Of a stretch of DNA of 59,380 nucleotides, positions 37,074-45,739 are shown in pieces. Location of the stretch: the IMG/VR virus record IMGVR_UViG_3300046010_007017, positions 1 to 59,380 of that record; one strand, given 5' to 3'. Every line of letters starts with the position of its first letter. Positions within the stretch are counted from its first letter, which is position 1. This stretch comes from a virus. Its lineage: Duplodnaviria; Caudoviricetes. The notes below the pieces were generated by a model, which saw nothing but the letters and a program-made list of their open reading frames with translations, was not told the DNA's origin and ran no database searches. The translations under genes were made by a program, and so were the position numbers.

Positions 37074-37949
37074 TTATAATTCCCCTGCCCTTATATTATG
37101 AATATTTGCAACTGTTTCTCCAGTAATTGATACAGTTGATTTAGAGAAGAATTGACGTTTACCATTAGTAGCCTTGTCACGATTCATTGTGTCAGGAACA
37201 ATATAGCCATATAATGTAATACTCATACTTGTTTTAGCTACACGTTGTTCATCTATAGTATATTCAGATGTTGAATCAAAATTTGTAATATATGTTCTGA
37301 ATTGGAAGCGATCTTTATTTCCCCAATATGAGTCAGAAGAAAATTCTATTGCTTCAATTATTTTATTGTTTTCACTTATAAGGTTTGTGAATACAACACA
37401 ATCATAAGTGATATTAATATAATCAGGAACCGGTGTTAAATAAAATTTTTCAGATGGAATCCAATTATTTAATATGTTAAAAGGAGTATATTGATTTTGT
37501 TGGTTATATCTTGCTTTAGATACAGCAAAATTATTTACATTGTTTCCGTCTAATTTGTTTGCTAAATCTCTATTTTTTTCAAACCCTGTTCTTTTTATAA
37601 TAATGATAGGATACATTATTCTACCATTTTTATCTCTATAATATCCATCTTTTTGAACAGACACCCATCTTTCTTGAGCAGCATAGCTTACAGGAACAGG
37701 TACTTTAGTACCGTTTTGTATTACAGAAGGTTGTATTACATTATTAAAATAATAAAATACAGCATCATCTATATCTTGTAATCCAATAGAAAATGGTTTA
37801 ATATTGTCTTCTACATTAGCCGATATCTGATTTGCACGAGTTATTTTTTCCTCAGGCAAAAAAGGTTGTGTCTCAGGAATGTACGGTGTAATTTGTTCCT
37901 GTACTCTTTGTGCGGGTGTTCCTGGTAATATAGGTAATTGTATTGGCAT
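37074..37949 (-). CDS. tail terminator / sheath stabiliser (T4 gp15-like)
   Basis: VPVSYAAQERW, YPIIIIKR, PDYINITY; upstream of the sheath gene. Confidence 0.75.
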   Translation of the reverse strand: MPIQLPILPGTPAQRVQEQITPYIPETQPFLPEEKITRANQISANVEDNIKPFSIGLQDIDDAVFYYFNNVIQPSVIQNGTKVPVPVSYAAQERWVSVQKDGYYRDKNGRIMYPIIIIKRTGFEKNRDLANKLDGNNVNNFAVSKARYNQQNQYTPFNILNNWIPSEKFYLTPVPDYINITYDCVVFTNLISENNKIIEAIEFSSDSYWGNKDRFQFRTYITNFDSTSEYTIDEQRVAKTSMSITLYGYIVPDTMNRDKATNGKRQFFSKSTVSITGETVANIHNIRAGEL

Positions 37950-38446
37950 TATTTAGTTTGTATTAATCCTAATGATTCTGGTGACACATAATGGGTAAAG
38001 CATATGATAGAAAAACTAGCTCCAAAATTATCTAGATATTCTCCACCATAATTGTATTGTGGAACTTTACCTACAATATCTTGGTTTTCATTTACTAAAT
38101 TTACTTCATAATAATCGTTGTTCCATAATATAATATCTCCTATTTGAGGAACCACATTTTGTGCTATTAAATCTGTTCTTAAAAATCTAAAACCAAAATT
38201 ACGTGTAATATTAGGACCAGCATCTGTATATTGTCCTTCATAATCTCCTCTATCAATTAAACATTGTATTAAAACAGGAGGATAATACATTTTAGTACCA
38301 TTATCAGCCTCACCATACACATTTGCAGATGTTTCGTCTAATGATATTTGGTAATATCCTATATTTTGCTCAATAATATTGTGAATTAACTCAGTATTAA
38401 TTACATGGAAAAAGCTAATGTCGCGAGAAGAACCGTAAAGAGCCAT
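37949..38446 (-). CDS. neck / head-closure protein (T4 gp14-like)
   Basis: NVYGEA, PQIGDIILWNNDYYEV. Confidence 0.72.
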   Translation of the reverse strand: MALYGSSRDISFFHVINTELIHNIIEQNIGYYQISLDETSANVYGEADNGTKMYYPPVLIQCLIDRGDYEGQYTDAGPNITRNFGFRFLRTDLIAQNVVPQIGDIILWNNDYYEVNLVNENQDIVGKVPQYNYGGEYLDNFGASFSIICFTHYVSPESLGLIQTK

Positions 38447-38448
38447 AA

Positions 38449-38781
38449 TTAGTAATTTCTAATTTTTAGTAATGTTTGTGTTCTAACATGAAACTTAACT
38501 AAACCCGGAATTTTTAATGCTTCGTGTTTAATCATTTTTATAGTTTTAATAGCATCTCCTTCTGCAATAAATTTAATTTCAAGTAATGAGTATTTGTAAT
38601 CGCCTACTTTAGATGTTTCTAACTTTTCATTTTCAATTACTTTAACAACAATAACATCTCTAATGCCACGGATTTGATTATATATTTCGGTAAAATTATA
38701 GTCGTCTCTCATTTTGATAACTACTTGAGTAAAATAAGTTTCAAATGTAGCTTCGCTTAATATGGTTTGTAATGATATCAT
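38449..38781 (-). CDS. hypothetical protein
   Basis: MISLQTILSE start; IRGIRDVIVV. Confidence 0.65.
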   Translation of the reverse strand: MISLQTILSEATFETYFTQVVIKMRDDYNFTEIYNQIRGIRDVIVVKVIENEKLETSKVGDYKYSLLEIKFIAEGDAIKTIKMIKHEALKIPGLVKFHVRTQTLLKIRNY

Positions 38782-38782
38782 G

Positions 38783-39955
38783 TTAAAAAATATAAAATCC
38801 CATTGGAACGTTAGATAATGTTTTATTTAAATTTTCAGCGTTCGCTGCTTGTTTTTCAAGTTGAATTTGTCTTCCTGTTTGTTCAAGTGTATCTCTTAAA
38901 GACACAATTAATGCTTCTTTTGTTTGTCTAGCGTCAGTTAATAAATCTTGTTGATTTAAAGTCACTTCAGCCCCTGGAATAGGTACTGTAGAGTATTTAC
39001 CACGTACATATCCTAAAATTTCTCTACATAATGCTAATGTATATTGGAATATCCACATTCTACCTACTGAATTAATGTAGTTGTAGTTTGGATTATTATA
39101 TGGAACATTTGATGTGTTTGTAATTAAATTCTGTTGTGGAACACCATCAGCATTTCTACCTCCCATTACACTATCTCTTTCAGATCCTTTAACATATTCA
39201 AACCATAAAGGATATTGAATTAAAGGAATAGGGAATATACTTATAATATTATTGTGAATTTCGAATGAGAATGCTGCTTTTCTTATCTGATCATTTAATT
39301 CGATTGCTTGAATTCTTTGTAAGTCAAAGAATAGAGGCATTAGTAAGAAAGTAATTGCAGGTGAATAAGCTCCAAATCCAAAACTATTAAGTAAACCTTC
39401 GTAGCTATATCCTATACCAACATATGGATCAAAATATCGCATTGCGGCAGGAGGTGCTTCAAAAAATACTCTTTTAATTTCAATATAATCGCCTGGAGCT
39501 ATAGATCCTGATTGTTCAGCCCATCTATTCAAATCGTATGATTGAGTTCCCGGATACATCATGACTGAACCGCTATACCACGTGGTATTTCCGCCGACTC
39601 CGGCTTCTTCACCATAGTTATCGGCTATTCTAACAACGCCGCCAAGTGACGGGGTCATTAGCACATTATTATATGGACCTGATCCTGTTAAGTTACCTTC
39701 CATAGAAAGCATATTCTCTCTAATTTGGAATTGATATACTTCATTACCGTAAACAGTTACTGCTTCTTCAAAAGCAGTGTATATTTGTGAGGGTTGTAAT
39801 TCGACAACTTCAATAGGCCATCCTAAACGTCTTGTAACGAACGTTACAACAGCGTCGGCATCTACTTGGAAGTCATATTGGTAGTCGTAAAATCCAAATG
39901 CGGTATCGCCAGGAAAAAACGATGAACTACCAGCATATACAGGAACATTAGCCAT
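38783..39955 (-). CDS. neck protein (T4 gp13-like head-tail adaptor)
   Basis: RRLGWPIEVVEL, WIFQYTLALCREILGYVRGKY..IPGAEVTLN. Confidence 0.85.
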   Translation of the reverse strand: MANVPVYAGSSSFFPGDTAFGFYDYQYDFQVDADAVVTFVTRRLGWPIEVVELQPSQIYTAFEEAVTVYGNEVYQFQIRENMLSMEGNLTGSGPYNNVLMTPSLGGVVRIADNYGEEAGVGGNTTWYSGSVMMYPGTQSYDLNRWAEQSGSIAPGDYIEIKRVFFEAPPAAMRYFDPYVGIGYSYEGLLNSFGFGAYSPAITFLLMPLFFDLQRIQAIELNDQIRKAAFSFEIHNNIISIFPIPLIQYPLWFEYVKGSERDSVMGGRNADGVPQQNLITNTSNVPYNNPNYNYINSVGRMWIFQYTLALCREILGYVRGKYSTVPIPGAEVTLNQQDLLTDARQTKEALIVSLRDTLEQTGRQIQLEKQAANAENLNKTLSNVPMGFYIF

Positions 39956-39993
39956 TTATGATATTTTCGTATAAATATTAAAATAGCTGTGAA

Positions 39994-40209
39994 TTACTTA
40001 CTATCTTTCAGACCATATTTTATCCATTTGTACCACATACGTTCATGGATGTAATATTGAACAGGCTTCCATATAAGTTCAGCTATACCAAATGCCGCTC
40101 CGGCCTTTATAGATCCGGTAACTATCAACATAGTTGTAAATCCAATAAGTGTACTAATTAATCTATAGCTAATTGTTTTAGCTATGTGTCGTTTTTTCTC
40201 TACTATCAT
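39994..40209 (-). CDS. DUF2061-like membrane protein
   Basis: RHIAKTISYR...YYIHERMW. Confidence 0.85.
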   Translation of the reverse strand: MIVEKKRHIAKTISYRLISTLIGFTTMLIVTGSIKAGAAFGIAELIWKPVQYYIHERMWYKWIKYGLKDSK

Positions 40210-40442
40210 TATTTTATTATTACAACGTCACCTTTCCAAATAACTTCATTAGCTTGGCAGCTAAAGTGATGCTTATCTACTGTTTGATTTCTACTTGGAT
40301 CAAATACTAAATCTCTTGTCGTATGTAGAGGAATTTCTGCTATAACATTAGAGCAAATATGCTCTATTCCATCAATCAAAATTCTCCAATATGAATGGTT
40401 ATCTTCACACTTTGTGTTATATCTAACTTTAACGTCTATCAT
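40209..40442 (-). CDS. hypothetical protein
   Basis: VRYNT..WRILIDG.E...KHH; translationally coupled on both sides. Confidence 0.65.
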   Translation of the reverse strand: MIDVKVRYNTKCEDNHSYWRILIDGIEHICSNVIAEIPLHTTRDLVFDPSRNQTVDKHHFSCQANEVIWKGDVVIIK

Positions 40443-40843
40443 AACTTGCCTTCGGCTTTCATTTGTTCGCGAATTTTGGTTGCAGAAATATCATTAATTT
40501 CAGCTGGTGGTATATGTTCAATAATATCATATCCAACTCCTCTACCGAATTCAACTGAACAAATATCTGGTATGATAATTGCTTTTAGTTTTCCGTTTGA
40601 TATTTCTAATTCCATCTCTGTAGCAATGTTCATTAAGACTTGCTGTGGTGTGAATGGATTTTTTTCATTTATTTCACCTTCACGAATAGCAACAAGTACT
40701 TTACCACCTTCATTAATTACTTGTCTAAATAATTGTTTATGTCCTTCATGTAATGGCTGCCAACGTCCTATAAATAAAGACCATTGACTATCTTTTCGTT
40801 CTAATGAACTCTTAACATGTACCTTTTTATCCCACATATTCAT
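40439..40843 (-). CDS. HxGH nucleotidyltransferase (cytidyltransferase-like fold)
   Basis: IGRWQPLHEGH, KNPF, ISATKIR. Confidence 0.85.
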   Translation of the reverse strand: MNMWDKKVHVKSSLERKDSQWSLFIGRWQPLHEGHKQLFRQVINEGGKVLVAIREGEINEKNPFTPQQVLMNIATEMELEISNGKLKAIIIPDICSVEFGRGVGYDIIEHIPPAEINDISATKIREQMKAEGKL

Positions 40844-41246
40844 AAATTTGTTTTATACATTCTTCTTCAGTTAACCATTCTGTATTAAGATATAGAGCTT
40901 CATCTTTATCAGGATATTCGAAATCCTTTACATGAAATTGTTCTCTACCTCTATCTAACTCGTATGCTAAATATACGAACTTAGCTTCGCTATCCAAACT
41001 TCTTAAATAGTCTCTTGCTTCTTTATATGGGTATACTAAAGATAAAATAACGTTATCACCATGTCTGTGTAGATAATGAGCAATATCACTTGCTCTATTT
41101 AAATTCCTGATACGTCCTTCTCTTGAATAATCTTTATTAGCGAATAATTCTCTTAATTCATCCCCGTCTATATTTTTAAAAGTAGGGAATTGTTTTGCTA
41201 ACGTTGATTTACCACTATGTGGTTGCCCGAATAATACTATTATCAT
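40827..41246 (-). CDS. cysC: adenylylsulfate (APS) kinase-like protein (start revised to 41246)
   Basis: GQPHSGKSTLA P-loop, IDGDELR, YSREGRIRNL, SLVYPY, FEYP. Confidence 0.8.
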   Translation of the reverse strand: MIIVLFGQPHSGKSTLAKQFPTFKNIDGDELRELFANKDYSREGRIRNLNRASDIAHYLHRHGDNVILSLVYPYKEARDYLRSLDSEAKFVYLAYELDRGREQFHVKDFEYPDKDEALYLNTEWLTEEECIKQIYEYVG

Positions 41247-41880
41247 TTTGTTTTTTATTAATGTATAAACAATCGAATTGAGATGCCCAACATGGTTTTT
41301 TATCAAATAATTCAAAACCCTTATCAATTAAGAAATTATGCACATCTATATCTAATTTTTGATTTTCAAAGTTAGGTACATCCTCTGTTTCTATTTGAAT
41401 AGCTTTTACGTTACTTATTTCATCACCCATACCTTCTAAAACTTCGTATCCGTGACCTTCTACGTCAATTTTAAATAAATCTATCTGTTTTTCTTTTAAT
41501 ATTTTTTCAACTCTAAAGCATTCAACCCTAGTTGTTTGATAGTTTAAGTTTAGATTTGAATGTTTTTTTAAAGATGATATACCAACTATTTCTTGGTTAC
41601 TTGACATAACGCAATTGAAATTTGCCATTTCATCTTTATTTGAACAGGCACCATAAATAACTTTTGCAAAAGGTTTTTGACCATTTGCTACCATACTAGC
41701 TCTTATGTCCTGGTAGCAGAATATATTTGCTTCTACTATATAAGCATTTTCAGGTTGTATATCCCAATATTCACAAACGTATTTAGCATCCACACCATTT
41801 CTGCTTCCTATCTCCATAAAGGATTTGGGCGTAAAAAGATTCTTCAATAAAGAAGTGAGCTGTATTAAATCGCCTCTCAT
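41215..41880 (-). CDS. FkbM-family SAM methyltransferase
   Basis: MEIGSRNG, IVEAN, IDLFKIDVEGHGYEVLEG. Confidence 0.88.
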   Translation of the reverse strand: MRGDLIQLTSLLKNLFTPKSFMEIGSRNGVDAKYVCEYWDIQPENAYIVEANIFCYQDIRASMVANGQKPFAKVIYGACSNKDEMANFNCVMSSNQEIVGISSLKKHSNLNLNYQTTRVECFRVEKILKEKQIDLFKIDVEGHGYEVLEGMGDEISNVKAIQIETEDVPNFENQKLDIDVHNFLIDKGFELFDKKPCWASQFDCLYINKKQNDNSIIRATT

Positions 41881-42497
41881 ACTATATTTGATTTGAACTT
41901 AGAATGTTCTTGTACTATTGTATTGAAAGGTTGTAACATCATAACATTATATTGTCCTCTTGGATTGTAATTATAACTCATGTGCTGGATTACCTTTGCA
42001 TAGAAATTATCAATTTCCATTCCGCTAGGAATAGCCATTTGTAATATATCATCCATTATTTTATCGGTAACACAATATGCATGTGCCTCTACAACTTGAC
42101 CTCTATAATGTGGTTCAATTAATCCACCAAAATAAAACATGTCAGCCATTTCTATTGCCCTTGTATTCATTTGTAATACTTCATTAGGGTTGTTAAGAAA
42201 AATTACATCATCTTCAAATACAAGTATTCTTTTATAACCTCTATCTTTACCTATTTGTATTGCTTTTAGATGAGATTGTCTACAAGCGATCTGTCCTCTA
42301 ATATATTTCTCATCACTTTTAATAAAATTTCTATATATTGTTGGATCGTTTTGCTCACTTGCTTCAATAGCATCTACTCGTTCGTAATTTGTTATTCCAA
42401 ATTCTTTGAATTGAGATATCATTGATTCATTTCTATCAATATCTTTAGCAAGATTGATATATAATATCTTATCAAAAAACGTGTTTATATTAAGCAT
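41877..42497 (-). CDS. glycosyltransferase family 25
   Basis: YINL..DR, ERVDA, ACRQSH, LVFEDD, AHAY. Confidence 0.88.
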   Translation of the reverse strand: MLNINTFFDKILYINLAKDIDRNESMISQFKEFGITNYERVDAIEASEQNDPTIYRNFIKSDEKYIRGQIACRQSHLKAIQIGKDRGYKRILVFEDDVIFLNNPNEVLQMNTRAIEMADMFYFGGLIEPHYRGQVVEAHAYCVTDKIMDDILQMAIPSGMEIDNFYAKVIQHMSYNYNPRGQYNVMMLQPFNTIVQEHSKFKSNIV

Positions 42498-43197
42498 GCT
42501 TTGCTCTTATAGTTTTAAACATTTTATCCCAAATTAAAGTATAAAATCCATAATTACCTTTAAATTTAGTATGGTGTTCAGAATGTGCTGTTGCTGTGTA
42601 AATGTATTTACCTATTTTGCTAGATAAAAATTTATCTGTGTATAATTCAATGCCTAAATGTAGATAAGTAGTATACAATATAGTTGTTGCTACCCAAATG
42701 TAAACATGAGATGTATGCATTGGTATTAAAAATAATAATATAACTAAATACCCATGATTTATAATTGCCTCTATAGGATGCATTGATAAAGCACTTAATG
42801 GAGAAACATATTTTGATTTATGGTGTACTAAATGTACTACATTAAAAATACGTTTATCATGCATTAATCTATGAGTTAAGTAAAAATATAAATCATACAT
42901 TAATAACATGACTGGTATGATTCCGATGTAATACAACCATCCATGTTCACTCACATCATAATACAATGTAGTGTAATCAAGGATTTTTGTTTGGTATAAA
43001 ATAGTTGCAATTGTTGTAAAAATTAATAAACTAAGCATTGAAAATTTAACTTCTCGTATATAGTCTTTTCTAACAGGAACATTTTTATGAATAGATATAA
43101 ATTTGTCACCCATTGAAATTAATCCAAACGCAACTGCAGTAGCAATAAAATAATATAATATTAAATTAAAAAGAGTAGATATAAAAAAGTCAATCAT
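42490..43197 (-). CDS. sterol desaturase / fatty acid hydroxylase family membrane di-iron enzyme
   Basis: His boxes HRLMH, HLVHH, HSEHH; HPIE; NYG..T..WDKMF. Confidence 0.9.
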   Translation of the reverse strand: MIDFFISTLFNLILYYFIATAVAFGLISMGDKFISIHKNVPVRKDYIREVKFSMLSLLIFTTIATILYQTKILDYTTLYYDVSEHGWLYYIGIIPVMLLMYDLYFYLTHRLMHDKRIFNVVHLVHHKSKYVSPLSALSMHPIEAIINHGYLVILLFLIPMHTSHVYIWVATTILYTTYLHLGIELYTDKFLSSKIGKYIYTATAHSEHHTKFKGNYGFYTLIWDKMFKTIRAKHA

Positions 43198-43202
43198 AAT
43201 AG

Positions 43203-43745
43203 TTAGAACATTTTAATGTCGTTAAAGTATGTAATTCTTATTTGTTCTTCATTTGGAGTCCACCCAACAAATACTTGATTTCTATACTTTTCAGAATGGT
43301 AATAATTAATTACATTATTTAAATGCTGGCTTTCGTATATAATTAAAATGCCTATAATGAATTGATCTTCTAAAGTTTTTAATTGATCAAATAAATCATA
43401 TGTAGCGTAATACATATTCATGGCAACGCCTCTATTATTTCCTCTATAGTCTTCTCGTACAAATAATCTAAAATATAAAAATTTATTTCTTATTTGTTGA
43501 AAATAAGCAACTGTACCAGAAGATACACCTACTATTTCATCGGTTTCATTTAAAACTATAAATAATACTTCGTTTACTCTTTGTTTGGTAAATATTTCTT
43601 CGTAAGAAGGTAAAGCATTTTCTTTTTTCCAAAAATCAATAATTTTATTATCTAACTCTTCACTGTGGTTTTGATAAACTTGAAGTAGTTTTAAAGGTTG
43701 TGGCTCATCCGTTTTTTGATTGCCTTTATAATAAATGTATTCCAT
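43203..43745 (-). CDS. GNAT-fold protein
   Basis: EIVGVS...YFRLFVREDYRG resembles the acetyl-CoA-binding motif A. Confidence 0.5.
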   Translation of the reverse strand: MEYIYYKGNQKTDEPQPLKLLQVYQNHSEELDNKIIDFWKKENALPSYEEIFTKQRVNEVLFIVLNETDEIVGVSSGTVAYFQQIRNKFLYFRLFVREDYRGNNRGVAMNMYYATYDLFDQLKTLEDQFIIGILIIYESQHLNNVINYYHSEKYRNQVFVGWTPNEEQIRITYFNDIKMF

Positions 43746-43750
43746 ATTTT

Positions 43751-44569
43751 CTATTTTGTATATTTAAATTGATCGTAAAACCACTTATAATTATTGTAAA
43801 TCCAGTCCGTTACGTCTTTTCCTAATAAATCTTTAGCTCTAGATCTAACGGGTTCTAACTTAGTTCTAATAACATGATCTCCAAATGAACCATAAACCTC
43901 ATCATCCTCTTTTGTTACTTGTTCAATATTATCAAAATCATGTGTGAAATGAGGAATATCTAAATAATCGTATATTTTAACCATTGTGCTTTCAGGATAT
44001 AAGCAAAGATCTTCAAATTTAATGAATAATACTTTTGCCGCAATTCCTGTTCTGAACATTTCACTTAATCTTTCAAATGCTAATCCTACAGGAGGATTTT
44101 GAGTCCAAATATCGATACGTTTAGGAACTGTAGTACCTTGACCAGTTGACCAATCTAGGATATCAGGTTGCTTTTCTGGGTGTTTTCTAAAATTATTTTC
44201 CATAGAAGCAAATATATCTTTTGGATCTCTAATCATGCAGATAATTTTTGGTTCAGGATATATTAGATTTAAGAAATCATAATGAATTCCCCATCCTCTT
44301 GACTTATCTACAACGTATTTTTTATCTGTGATTGATTCATAAAAACCATCCATTCCTTTTTTACAGAAAGATAAAAAACCTGTTCTCATAATTTCTGCAT
44401 CTTGTGCTAAAAATTCTGGAGATGTGGTGTAGTTTGCTCTAGCAGCAAATACTAATTCTAAAACACCAGAAGTTGGTGTTGCATAGATGTCTGGGTTTTG
44501 TGCTAGAATGTTTTGCAGTAATGTACTGCCAGCTCTAGGTAAAGAGCTTTGAAAAAATAATTGTTCCAT
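43751..44569 (-). CDS. sulfotransferase
   Basis: 5'-PSB loop SLPRAGSTLLQNIL, VDKSR, 3'-PB motif IRDPKDIFAS, IKFEDL. Confidence 0.9.
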   Translation of the reverse strand: MEQLFFQSSLPRAGSTLLQNILAQNPDIYATPTSGVLELVFAARANYTTSPEFLAQDAEIMRTGFLSFCKKGMDGFYESITDKKYVVDKSRGWGIHYDFLNLIYPEPKIICMIRDPKDIFASMENNFRKHPEKQPDILDWSTGQGTTVPKRIDIWTQNPPVGLAFERLSEMFRTGIAAKVLFIKFEDLCLYPESTMVKIYDYLDIPHFTHDFDNIEQVTKEDDEVYGSFGDHVIRTKLEPVRSRAKDLLGKDVTDWIYNNYKWFYDQFKYTK

Positions 44570-44576
44570 GTATAAC

Positions 44577-45449
44577 CTATTGTTTTTTTATTGAATCAAT
44601 GATGTCTTGACTGTTGAATATTTCGCTTTCTGAAGCGAAAGGAAATTCTATTAATTCTCCTCCTATATTAAATTTAGTTAAAAAGGCGTTTCTTAATTCT
44701 GGTTTTAGTGTAAAAGGATTAGATATAATATTATCATGTATATCGTAACCAAATACTTCTGGTTTGTTTGCAATCCAACATACTGTTGATGCTAATTCTA
44801 ACCCAGCAGCCACATGTTGGGCAAAACTATCCATAAATAAGCGCTTATTGCTTAATGAAATTCCTACAACTAAACTTCTAAATGAATCAGTTACAGGATA
44901 TGTGTTTTCATATCCTAATTGATCATCTCGTTTAATGTGTAAAATATTGTAATCTTCTTTAAAGGCATTAATTACATCTACTATGTTTTGATGAGGAATA
45001 TCTCGTGCCCAAGAATATTTAAGAGCTGAATCACCACCCCCATTAGTCTGAATAAACATGGTAGGTTTATCTGATGCATATTTTTGTTTAAAGAAACTTA
45101 CCTCTCTTTCTGTAAGGTATATTTTTGGTAATTCACCGTTATATTTTACTCCAAACATTTCACACCATGTTTTAATAAGATGTTCATCTTGTTTAACATG
45201 TTCAGTTTGAACATACGGATCGTGTGCAAAGATTTTAAATTCTTTATCCTCAATAAATTCCTCATAAAAGTAGCTAAAACCTCCAAAACTGAAGGCTCTA
45301 GCTACAAAAGGATTATTTAAAAATACATCCGCGTATCCGGATACTACTATTAACTTTGAGTCGGGGTATTGTTTTTTGATGGCCTCGCATACCGCTGTTG
45401 CCATTACGCATTTACCAATACCTCCACTAATTTGAAATACTATATTCAT
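44577..45449 (-). CDS. GT-B glycosyltransferase (GT9 / heptosyltransferase-like)
   Basis: GGIGKCVMAT, VFLNNPFV, MDSFAQHVAAGL..STVCW. Confidence 0.7.
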   Translation of the reverse strand: MNIVFQISGGIGKCVMATAVCEAIKKQYPDSKLIVVSGYADVFLNNPFVARAFSFGGFSYFYEEFIEDKEFKIFAHDPYVQTEHVKQDEHLIKTWCEMFGVKYNGELPKIYLTEREVSFFKQKYASDKPTMFIQTNGGGDSALKYSWARDIPHQNIVDVINAFKEDYNILHIKRDDQLGYENTYPVTDSFRSLVVGISLSNKRLFMDSFAQHVAAGLELASTVCWIANKPEVFGYDIHDNIISNPFTLKPELRNAFLTKFNIGGELIEFPFASESEIFNSQDIIDSIKKQ

Positions 45450-45453
45450 AACT

Positions 45454-45485
45454 TAAATATACGAAACGGGAGTTAGGTTACCAAC
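45454..45485 (-). promoter_or_regulatory. Bacteroidota-type promoter heading the modification cluster (probably leaderless transcript)
   Basis: GTTG-N20-TATATTTA followed by only AGTT before the ATG. Confidence 0.7.
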
Positions 45486-45502
45486 TCTTTTTATAAGAAA
45501 TA

Positions 45503-45712
45503 TTATCCTTCTAATTCTGCTATTTTAGCTCTCACATGATCGATAGCGGCTTGAATTTCAGCTGCTTTATCTTCGTCTGTTTTTGCTGCTTCTGCTGCTA
45601 AACGAGCCTCTTCCGCTGCTGTTCTTTCAGCTTGTATTTTAGCATCTTCAGCTTCTCTAAGTTGTTCTATAGCTGTTTCTAGCTCTGTTTGTAATGCTGT
45701 TAAATCTGCCAT
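45503..45712 (-). CDS. Ala/Glu-rich coiled-coil protein
   Basis: 69-aa heptad-rich ORF. Confidence 0.7.
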   Translation of the reverse strand: MADLTALQTELETAIEQLREAEDAKIQAERTAAEEARLAAEAAKTDEDKAAEIQAAIDHVRAKIAELEG

Positions 45713-45739
45713 TTTAATTTATTTTTATTTATGTTGTAA

